A stretch of 64,000 nucleotides of DNA, taken from positions 2,075,218 to 2,139,217 of the forward strand of contig CP170459.1 in the NCBI GenBank assembly GCA_047947115.1, read 5' to 3'. Origin of the DNA: Verrucomicrobiota bacterium (lineage in GTDB: Bacteria > Verrucomicrobiota > Verrucomicrobiia > Limisphaerales > AAA164-E04). Each line of letters begins with the position of its first letter. Position 1 is the first letter of the stretch. This document shows positions 49,801-56,415 of the stretch, piece after piece. The translations under genes and the position numbers were made by a program. The notes beneath the pieces were generated by a model, which saw nothing but the letters and a program-made list of their open reading frames with translations, made no database searches and was not told the DNA's origin.

Positions 49801-51659
49801 CATCGACCCGTGCCGTATTTGGGGTGACGGTTTACGGCTTCAGTGAGTATGATTCCTACGGCTATCCCGGGGGAATGCGCTTTGACTCCGCCGGAGCCCC
49901 TTTTGTTGTATGCCCTCCTGACGTCACTATCCCGGCAGGTGAGAATTGCGAGGGAGTCATTCCTGATTTGAGTGAATTCATTCAGGTTGTGGATCCATGT
50001 GATGAAGGAGGCGATCGGCCGGTTCCCGGCGATGATTGCTTCGAATTTGAAGATCTTAAACTCCAAACCCTCATCCGTGATGGCGACACATTGACGATCA
50101 TCAGTGCATCGGGGAATCAAACCGCCAATGTAACGGCATCGGCTGCGGGATTTGCCGCTGTGGCTGCCGTGGTCAATGGGGGACAAGCCGGACATACGGG
50201 GAATGAGGTGCGCTTTGCCAACATCAATTTGACCTTCGTTTCTTCGGCTCTCACCTCAGGGTTTTCACTTTCATTCGGCGAATATGGTGGGTCCGTGAAC
50301 CTGGGGGTGAACAATGATCTTCAGACCGCCGCCAATATGGAGGATTTCAATGGCAAGACGATTGGGGGAGCACAGGTTGCTGTAACAGGTGCGACGGGCG
50401 GACAGGGGACGGGGACGCTGACTGTCACTGGAACCATCCGCAGTTTTACCATCGGTGGCCAGGAGTTTTTTATTGATCATATCTGCCCTGGAGGCGGAGG
50501 GACGGTTGAAGTGCCGGATTGTTATGAGTTCGAAGATCAGGATGCCAAACTGGTTCTACGTGTGGGAGACACAACACCCGCAACCAGTAGCACAGGAAAC
50601 TCGGTCACCGTTTTGGGCGCTCCTTTCACATGGTCCAATGGACAGGTGACTCAGGAGGGATCTGCCGCCATTCGAACCAATGGTCAAGCCGGGCACACGG
50701 GCAACGAGTTTGCCGTGAACAATATTCTGTTGAAATTCATCCCAACCGAGTCGTTTCCAAACGGTGTCTCCATACTGTTCGGCGAATACGGCGGCAATGT
50801 GAACCTGGAGGTTAACGGCGAATTGGCCAATGTCAGCAATTTCAGTGAACTGAGCGGCACCTCTCTGGGCGGGGCGCACATTCTCGTTACCGGTGGGACG
50901 GGTCAGGGATTGGGTGAATTGCACATCATTGGCGAGTTGAAGGAATTCGGGATTGGTGGTCAGGAATTGTTCATCGATCACCTTTGCCTGCTTCCAGCAA
51001 GAGCAGTGACGGTAGTGGATCGTATCACGACGAACCTTGGTTCTTTGACTCGATCCTTGGTGAAGCAGGCTGGTGTGGGGCAAAATTATATCGTCAAGCA
51101 AGATCCCCCTGCGGGTTTGATGGTCTCGGCAGGATCTTATGACGTCAGTGTGAGTGTGGTCGACCTGCAGGGAAACTCGATTGGAACATGCGTGACCCAA
51201 GTCAAGATTGTTGACGATTCGCCCGTCAAAATCGTCTGTCCTCCCAATATAACGGTCAACTGCCAACGTCCTGAAGGAGCATTGGTTTTTTGGGAGGGCC
51301 CAGTTGCCTACACCGAGCGATGCCAAATGCCCGTGGAGGTGAGGTGCAACTATGAACCCGGTGAATTGTTTCCGTTGGGTAATACCACCGTCACCTGCGT
51401 GGCCAAGAGTCCGTCCGGTGAAGTGGCTACATGTTCGTTTTTGGTGACGGTTGTCTGTGAAGATGTCGTCGTGCCAGATAATCCCACCGTCTCGATCAAT
51501 CTTTCAGATGGGACCGGCATTACACTGGATTGGCCGGCAGGAGGCTATTTGGAAGCCGCCGACAGTCCGCTGGGCCCTTGGGAAATCGTCCCCGAAGCCA
51601 GGCCTCCATTCAACATCAGTACCACTCGGAAGCAGGCATTTTATCGGATTCGTTATTAG
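46848..51659 (+). CDS. secreted 1,603-aa multidomain protein: lamin-tail domain, LamG, IgGFc-binding-N-like domain, two copies of an unassigned ~155-aa module, HYR domain
   Basis: Signal peptide MMLFGKKPEWFPVCSGVARLILSTLLCALVVCVAKAQ. LTD-like PAYIILRNN...MDLSGYALTSD...SELIVFASG. LamG-like DFTVSIWCRT...WTHLAFVIDRT...MWIGARPDG...ETVIWRRALSKGEI. GRDFWLTFPGN (IgGFc-binding-N-like). HYR-like CPPNITVNCQRPEGALVFWEGPVAYTERCQMPVEVRCNYEPGELFPLGNTTVTCVAKSPSGEVATCSFLVTV. Confidence 0.85.
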   Translation: MMLFGKKPEWFPVCSGVARLILSTLLCALVVCVAKAQTAAPPVSIVDGFAAKDNSTVLDEDGELPAYIILRNNRSQTTAPMDLSGYALTSDSTGNAVWIIPPRTLIAPQSELIVFASGKNRPSSNPELRNHTDFIFSCEIPYVALLGPKREVVSTFRKLDPNCSGNDDDCRGTPLFHDKTIGRYFVPSTDKMTGIWMEPDFDVSNWKRGPLGLGYEVLESKGELDMILYATMDRTDLDLVANIVKDVSGSPVVHDGLASQKIAMTTGQIQQGINMAQGQAIRFRHHDELDPVTSDFTVSIWCRTLGQGDEVIIAKGGLNNETTGWAIFNRKDATIVRLNYGKAGIVDLTLPRLEVERWTHLAFVIDRTQKAAFAYVNGVVAANAGIPADALLAPRTDMWIGARPDGNPLFTGTVDETVIWRRALSKGEIRTVAALGASGKRLDTAVSTGTPIYVDLISTDVETDMYGKGSSLYVRIPFLVNDPNLVSGLNLSMHYDDGFVCYLNGVEVARKNAPSTTFPGYDATASSDRADTLALTAESINLANAIRYLIPGENLLAIHGLNVSKDAGRFVIKPQLCLEESEPQDCEKTTNGRDFWLTFPGNAPEDTGNPLQISLCVAGLAGTTGRVDVPGLGFSKNFTIPANGPTPATGSLMLPLPREVSLEVSGKIESKGVRVRAQSDVSVYGTTRIDYSTDSFLGLPVDCLGRNYVTMGYKNVWEDIPVLNGSQIGLVAPYNGTKVLIDVGTSASGGVPVEVTLNEGETYLLRDTGNSPADLSGSRILSNLPVGVFAGHRCANINGKDLFFCDTVLEQLLPISGWGTRYWNAPLSTRNHLLGDGKGDTLRVTASEDNTAVTITDDQGANVLVLNANQIHEQSVIGPSYVISEKPVLTAVYANSSDFDLVTDSDPFMVMLQPEIHWLDRYIICTPPSSDFEQSYVNIIARNITEASTIRLNGAPIAGFLPLGASGYFYAQVDLDPALLRHTITSTRAVFGVTVYGFSEYDSYGYPGGMRFDSAGAPFVVCPPDVTIPAGENCEGVIPDLSEFIQVVDPCDEGGDRPVPGDDCFEFEDLKLQTLIRDGDTLTIISASGNQTANVTASAAGFAAVAAVVNGGQAGHTGNEVRFANINLTFVSSALTSGFSLSFGEYGGSVNLGVNNDLQTAANMEDFNGKTIGGAQVAVTGATGGQGTGTLTVTGTIRSFTIGGQEFFIDHICPGGGGTVEVPDCYEFEDQDAKLVLRVGDTTPATSSTGNSVTVLGAPFTWSNGQVTQEGSAAIRTNGQAGHTGNEFAVNNILLKFIPTESFPNGVSILFGEYGGNVNLEVNGELANVSNFSELSGTSLGGAHILVTGGTGQGLGELHIIGELKEFGIGGQELFIDHLCLLPARAVTVVDRITTNLGSLTRSLVKQAGVGQNYIVKQDPPAGLMVSAGSYDVSVSVVDLQGNSIGTCVTQVKIVDDSPVKIVCPPNITVNCQRPEGALVFWEGPVAYTERCQMPVEVRCNYEPGELFPLGNTTVTCVAKSPSGEVATCSFLVTVVCEDVVVPDNPTVSINLSDGTGITLDWPAGGYLEAADSPLGPWEIVPEARPPFNISTTRKQAFYRIRY
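50031..50993 (+). repeat. tandem duplication of a ~155-aa unassigned module inside the 1,603-aa gene
   Basis: Copy 1 (about 50031-50489): DDCFEFEDLKLQ...GQAGHTGNEVRFANINLTF...FSLSFGEYGGSVNLGVNNDLQ...FTIGGQEFFIDHICP. Copy 2 (about 50511-50993): PDCYEFEDQDAK...GQAGHTGNEFAVNNILLKF...VSILFGEYGGNVNLEVNGELA...FGIGGQELFIDHLCL. Confidence 0.8.
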
Positions 51660-51822
51660 ATCATTTGCAGTATGCGATGACGGAAATGGATTCGTTCACC
51701 TTATCATAAATCACGCCCTCTGTGCTCCAGGCACAGGGATGCAGAGGCTTTTCTGAAAAATATTAGGGCCAATCTGTAAGTTCGGGCAATCATATCCTTT
51801 CTGTTCATTTTTTACATTTCGG

Positions 51823-51849
51823 TGTAACCACTTCCATGGACATGGCGTT
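51823..51849 (+). promoter_or_regulatory. candidate ECF-type promoter upstream of the sigma-like gene
   Basis: TGTAAC (51823-51828), 17 nt, then CGTT (51846-51849), ending about 30 nt upstream of ATG 51879. AAC and CGT are the conserved cores of many ECF promoters (from memory). GCGTTGAAT is also repeated at 51845-51853 and 51868-51876. Confidence 0.3.
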
Positions 51850-51878
51850 GAATGGTTGAGTGCAGCCTGCGTTGAATC

Positions 51879-52718
51879 ATGGAGATGAAGCAACCCGATC
51901 TCGCTTCCCTGGTGGAGCGTGTCAGAGAGGGAGAGGAAGATGCCTTTCGTATCTTCATGGAAGTCCTGTACCCAACCGTGATCCGGATCGTCCGCTCTCA
52001 TTTGCCGGTAAGACAGTTGGAAGAGGATCTGGCGCAGGAGGTTTTCGTTCGGGTGTTCAAGCGCATCGATCAGTATCAGGCCCGTCCAGGCATACCGGTG
52101 ACGCACTGGGTGTGCCGGGTGGCAACCACCACATGCCTGGATGCATTGCGCGCCGAACGCAGGCGTCCTGAGTTGCGTTGGGCAGATCTCAGCGAGGATC
52201 AGGCGGAGTGGCTGCAATACATGGTGGCAGACGATCAGGAGGAGGCGCCTCATTCGGATTGCGATACCGGCGAGTTTTTGGAGAAAATGTTGGCTCAACT
52301 ATCTGTGGATGATTTGGGTGGTTTGCTGATTCCCCGTATCGATTTGTCGGAAGGTTCCGAATCAGATGTAGGAACGGAACCGATCGCCATCGGCGAACTT
52401 TGGTTGCGCAACTTGACTCTGGAGAAAAATGGTTGGGGTATCTCATCAAGTCAGTTGAACGTTGTCATTGTCAACACGGAGGAAGGACGCGTTCGGGCGC
52501 CACGCTGTATCCTTGCGGTCAGTAAAACCGATGACAACAAACCCGTGCTGATGATCTATGGCAAAAACGAGCAGCCCCTGCTGACATTGCCTTTATCCAA
52601 AGTGCAAAAGCATCAAACCAGGCCTCTGGATATGGTCACGTTCGATGACGGCAAGGTCGACCTTTGCATCAACGGTCAATATCAGGCCAGTTTCTCCGTG
52701 GCCGAATTATATTTGTAG
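51879..52718 (+). CDS. ECF-like sigma-70 family protein with region 2 but no recognisable region 4; unassigned ~140-aa C-terminal domain
   Basis: Sigma region 2 strings: EDAFRIFMEVLYPTVIRIVRSHL...EDLAQEVFVRVFKRIDQY...THWVCRVATTTCLDALRAERRR. After an acidic linker and ...EKMLAQLSVDD (about nt 52300), the remainder (GELWLRNLTLEKNGWGISSSQLNVVIVNTEEGRV...DLCINGQYQASFSVAELYL) shows no HTH pattern. Confidence 0.7.
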   Translation: MEMKQPDLASLVERVREGEEDAFRIFMEVLYPTVIRIVRSHLPVRQLEEDLAQEVFVRVFKRIDQYQARPGIPVTHWVCRVATTTCLDALRAERRRPELRWADLSEDQAEWLQYMVADDQEEAPHSDCDTGEFLEKMLAQLSVDDLGGLLIPRIDLSEGSESDVGTEPIAIGELWLRNLTLEKNGWGISSSQLNVVIVNTEEGRVRAPRCILAVSKTDDNKPVLMIYGKNEQPLLTLPLSKVQKHQTRPLDMVTFDDGKVDLCINGQYQASFSVAELYL

Positions 52719-52731
52719 CATTTTTTATTCG

Positions 52732-52780
52732 AAAACCACCCTGTTCGATTTGAAATCGTGCAGGGTGGTTTTTATTTCTT
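52732..52780 (+). terminator. rho-independent terminator after the sigma-like gene
   Basis: The 12-nt stem aaaaccaccctg (52732-52743) pairs with cagggtggtttt (52761-52772). The loop is 17 nt. A T-rich run follows (tttttatttctt), starting 14 nt after the stop codon. Confidence 0.75.
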
Positions 52781-52793
52781 TGGTTGCGTCACG

Positions 52794-52886
52794 TGGGATT
52801 GGGTTGCCCCTACAGGGCTCGTTATGTGGGGTGTGCGGGGTTCCCAGGGCGATGCCGTGGGCTGACATGGTTTGGACCTTTGGGCG
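52794..52886 (+). repeat. REP-like repeat, left copy (direct orientation)
   Basis: gtgggattgggttGCCCCTACAGGGCTcgt...cCCAGGGCGATGCCGTGGGctga...cctttggg shares ordered conserved boxes with 53549-53650. An inverted copy of the core (AGCCCTGTAGGGGC) lies at 53081-53094. Confidence 0.65.
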
Positions 52887-52979
52887 TATGGCGATCGGTT
52901 CCGTCGATTGATGTGCTTTGCCCTTTTAGGGTGCGCCTTTGGAGCTGTTTTTGTGATTAGACATTTTTTGGTCTTTTCA

Positions 52980-53094
52980 GGTTTGCCTGCAAACCGTAGT
53001 TCCCAATTGTTACGCCCCAACGGGGCAAGCTACAACAACCCAGAGCACCGCTCTGGGGCTGCAACAGATATTCATTTCTAAGCCCTGTAGGGGC
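52980..53094 (+). repeat. cluster of three short hairpins plus an inverted REP-like core, directly upstream of the Y1 transposase gene
   Basis: Hairpins: ggtttgc-ct-gcaaacc (52980-52995), gcccc-aac-ggggc (53014-53026) and cccagagc-acc-gctctggg (53039-53057). Then AGCCCTGTAGGGGC (53081-53094), 10 nt before ATG 53105. Confidence 0.6.
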
Positions 53095-53104
53095 GCCCCA
53101 AGAA

Positions 53105-53530
53105 ATGCCTCAATCACTCGCAAAAAATTGGATGCATTTGGTTTTTTCCACCAAACACCGAGAACGTCTCATTTCGGAGACTATTCGACCTTCTCTTCAT
53201 GCCTATATGGCTACGGTATTCAAAAACCTTCAATGCCCGGTATTGGCAATCAATTCGGTGGAGGATCATGTTCATATCCTGTTTTCACTTCATCGAACGG
53301 TGGCCCTTTCGAAAGTAGTGGAGGATGTGAAGAAATCTTCATCCAAATGGATAAAGAGTCAATCGAATGATTTCAGCAGATTTCAATGGCAGGCCGGGTA
53401 TGGCGCTTTTTCGCTGAGTGAATCAAATGTCCCTGCGGTTCAACAATACATTACCAATCAGGCAGAGCACCACCGGAAGGTATCTTTTCAGCATGAAATC
53501 CGAATATTTATGCGCAAAACATCACATTGA
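53105..53530 (+). CDS. IS200/IS605-family Y1 (HUH) transposase-like protein, RAYT-like
   Basis: 141-aa ORF. HUH motif in SVEDHVHILFS (53267-53275 encodes HVH). WQAGYGAFSLSES...VQQYITNQAEHH carries the catalytic-Tyr YIxNQ-type motif. Flanked by REP-like palindromes. Confidence 0.8.
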   Translation: MPQSLAKNWMHLVFSTKHRERLISETIRPSLHAYMATVFKNLQCPVLAINSVEDHVHILFSLHRTVALSKVVEDVKKSSSKWIKSQSNDFSRFQWQAGYGAFSLSESNVPAVQQYITNQAEHHRKVSFQHEIRIFMRKTSH

Positions 53531-53548
53531 TTTTGATGAACGGTTTGT

Positions 53549-53650
53549 GTGGGATTAGGCTGCCCCTACAGGGCTCGTGGTCACCAACGATTCGAAAAAC
53601 CAGGGCGGTGCCTTGGGCTGATTTATTATGCCCCTTTGGGGTGTGGGATG
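53549..53650 (+). repeat. REP-like repeat, right copy (direct orientation)
   Basis: gtgggattaggctGCCCCTACAGGGCTcgt...aCCAGGGCGGTGCCTTGGGctga...cccctttgggg. The core lies at 53562-53575, 31 nt after the transposase stop, in inverted orientation relative to the core at 53081-53094. Confidence 0.65.
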
Positions 53651-53745
53651 TACGTGCTAACTGATTGGTAGACGGATTCACCATGATCCTGAGTTTATAA
53701 AAAACGCTGTCGTCTCGGGTGTTTTTTGGGCATAATCCCGCCATC

Positions 53746-56376
53746 ATGACCGCGAAATACAAAGCCCCGGCCATCGTGCGGATTCTGTGTGGCCTCCTGG
53801 TTAATTTGTGGGGATCGCTCTGCATCGCTGATACTCAGCAGGTGGATTACGTCAGCGATATTCAACCGTTGCTGGAGAAACGTTGTTATCGTTGTCATGG
53901 ACCTGAAAAGCGCAAGGGTGGATTGCGTTTGGATATGAAAACCACCGTTTTGCAAGGTGGAGATTCAGGTGATGCTGCAATCGTCCCCGGGGAAGCAGAT
54001 CAGAGCCCGCTTGTTCGTCTGGTTTCATCGAAAGATGACAAGGAACGCATGCCGCCTGCCAACGCAGAGGAGGCGCCATTGACCGACGATGAATTGGAGA
54101 AGTTGCGGCGGTGGATCAATGCGGGAGCCGACTGGCCTGAGACGGGGGCATCAGTGATTCTTCCCGAGCCGGGGGAACTGAAAGTAACAGAGGAAGATCG
54201 ACAGCACTGGGCTTTTCGGCCCCTGGCGGACCCCTTGCCACCCACTTCACAAGATCCGCACTGGCAGCAGACTCCTGTCGACGCTTTCATTCTGCACGCA
54301 CAGGAGGCGCAGCAACTCACACCTTCCGCCCCAGCCGATGCACGTACTCTCATTCGGCGCTTGTATCTGGATTTGATCGGGCTACCTCCTTCTCCGGAAG
54401 AAATGTCCGATTGGACGCGGCGAATCGATCAATCGCCTAACGAGGTGGAGTTGCTGGTGGAATCCCTGTTGCACAGTCCGCACTATGGTGAGCGATGGGG
54501 ACGGCATTGGTTGGATGTGGCCCGTTATGCCGACAGCAATGGAATGGAACTCGATGCGGATCGTCCCAATGCCTATCGCTACCGTGATTTCGTGATTCGT
54601 GCCATGAACGATGATTTACCGTTTGATGAATTTGTTCGCTGGCAATTGGCGGGTGATGAGATTGCTCCGGACCATCCGGACGCGATTGCCGCCACCGGAT
54701 TCCTTGCGGCCGGGGTCAATACGATCCTGCCGGACAAGCAAATGGTGGAGGAAAAACTCCGTAACCGAGCCAACGAACTTGATGACATCGTATCGACCAC
54801 CGGTCAGGCCATGCTGGGGCTGACCCTCGCCTGTTGTCGCTGTCACGATCATAAGTATGATCCGGTTTCTTCCCGTGATTACTATCGGTTGACACGCGTA
54901 TTCACCAGCGGTGATCGAGCCGAGGTGCCATTGGTTTCGCCCGAAGAAGCAAAGCGACATCAACAAAAGGTGGCTGATTGGCGAAGATCGTATGATGAAG
55001 CGGTCAAGGAGCGTGACCAATGGCTCAAGGAAGCGCGCAAACCGGTGGAAGAGCGATTGTGTCGGGAACGGATCGCCAGCCTTGAAATCAGCGACACAGA
55101 TAAACAAATGCTGCTCGAATCCTCCCAAGAACCATCCGCGAAGAAATTGGCCGAGCGGTTCAAAAAGCAGCTGGTCCTTTCTGATTCAGATTATGTCGCC
55201 GCCCTGCCTGAGCAAAGCCGGCAGCGATGGAAGGCATTCAATCAACACATTTCGGAAATCAAAAAGCGTGAGCCAAATCCTCTGCCACTGGCTTATGCTT
55301 TTTCTGATTTTGGTCCCGAGCCGGAAGAAACCTGGTTTTTCGAACGCGGCAATTTCCTGGCTCGTAATGAACGGATGGATCTTGGTTTTTTGACCGTACT
55401 CACCTCCGGGAAAACAGCCGAAGCATACTGGAACGAAGCGAAAGCCCATCCGTTGCGTGATGATTCGACTTATCAACGCCGGGCATTGGCGGAATGGATG
55501 ACAGATCTGGATCATGGCGCCGGAGCTTTGTTGGCGCGTGTCATGGTGAATCGTGTCTGGCAACGTCATTTCGGCGAGGGATTGGTGCGTACGCCAAGCG
55601 ATTTCGGCACGCGAGGTGAGCGTCCCACACATCCCGAACTGCTGGAATGGCTCGCCACGGAATTTGTTCGGAGTGGCTGGAGCGTCAAACACCTGCACCG
55701 TTTGATATTGAACAGCGCCACGTATCAACAGGCGTCCGAGTATCGTCCCGCGATGGCCTCGATCGATTTGGAGAATCGATTATGGTGGCGTCAACTCCCG
55801 GCTCGTTTGGAAGCCGAAGCCTTGCGCGATGCCATGTTGTCCGTTGCAGGGCAACTCAATTTCGAAGCTTTCGGGCCCAGCTTCAAACCTCCCATTCAGC
55901 AGGAAGCCATGCAGGCACGCAATGTGAGAAATCCCTATCCGAAGGACGCCAAGGACTCTGCCCCGACTCGAAGGCGCAGCGTTTATATGTTCCATAAACG
56001 TGTCGTGCAATACCCGCTCATGCAGGCTTTCGATGCACCCGATGCACAGCAAAGTTGTGGCCGCCGAATGAATACTACCGTTGCGCCTCAAGCATTGGCA
56101 TTGTTGAATGATCCGTTCGTGCGATTGAGAGCCAGTGATCTGGCGGGGCGCATTCTGAAAGAAGCAGGGGATGACAGGGAAGCCCAAGTCAGGCGCGCAT
56201 TCGAACTTGCATTGAATCGAGCGCCCGAAGCCGCCGAACGAACCGATGCAACCGGTTTCCTGGCGCAACAAACAGATGAACGTACCCGCCGTGGTGAATC
56301 CAGCGCTTCACTGGCGGCGCTGACCGATTTTTGTCAGGCCCTGTTTGGGTTGAATGAATTTATTTATGTCGATTGA
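53746..56376 (+). CDS. PSCyt1/PSCyt2(DUF1549)/PSD1(DUF1553) domain protein (planctomycete-type cytochrome c family)
   Basis: ORF 53719..56376. ATG 53746 gives a signal peptide. Heme motif CYRCHGPEKRKGGLRLD (53884-53898 encodes CYRCH). DUF1549-like LIRRLYLDLIGLPPSPEE...HYGERWGRHWLDVARYADSNG. CCRCHDHKYDP. DUF1553-like tail. Confidence 0.9.
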   Translation: MTAKYKAPAIVRILCGLLVNLWGSLCIADTQQVDYVSDIQPLLEKRCYRCHGPEKRKGGLRLDMKTTVLQGGDSGDAAIVPGEADQSPLVRLVSSKDDKERMPPANAEEAPLTDDELEKLRRWINAGADWPETGASVILPEPGELKVTEEDRQHWAFRPLADPLPPTSQDPHWQQTPVDAFILHAQEAQQLTPSAPADARTLIRRLYLDLIGLPPSPEEMSDWTRRIDQSPNEVELLVESLLHSPHYGERWGRHWLDVARYADSNGMELDADRPNAYRYRDFVIRAMNDDLPFDEFVRWQLAGDEIAPDHPDAIAATGFLAAGVNTILPDKQMVEEKLRNRANELDDIVSTTGQAMLGLTLACCRCHDHKYDPVSSRDYYRLTRVFTSGDRAEVPLVSPEEAKRHQQKVADWRRSYDEAVKERDQWLKEARKPVEERLCRERIASLEISDTDKQMLLESSQEPSAKKLAERFKKQLVLSDSDYVAALPEQSRQRWKAFNQHISEIKKREPNPLPLAYAFSDFGPEPEETWFFERGNFLARNERMDLGFLTVLTSGKTAEAYWNEAKAHPLRDDSTYQRRALAEWMTDLDHGAGALLARVMVNRVWQRHFGEGLVRTPSDFGTRGERPTHPELLEWLATEFVRSGWSVKHLHRLILNSATYQQASEYRPAMASIDLENRLWWRQLPARLEAEALRDAMLSVAGQLNFEAFGPSFKPPIQQEAMQARNVRNPYPKDAKDSAPTRRRSVYMFHKRVVQYPLMQAFDAPDAQQSCGRRMNTTVAPQALALLNDPFVRLRASDLAGRILKEAGDDREAQVRRAFELALNRAPEAAERTDATGFLAQQTDERTRRGESSASLAALTDFCQALFGLNEFIYVD

Positions 56377-56415
56377 TTGGGTGAACTGTATCGAACTTGA
56401 AAAGAATTATTGGTC

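Noticed and set aside
51711-52298. A 195-aa minus-strand ORF overlapping the sigma-like gene.
   Set aside because: It is antisense to a sequence with clear sigma-70 region 2 motifs, and its translation has no recognisable features.
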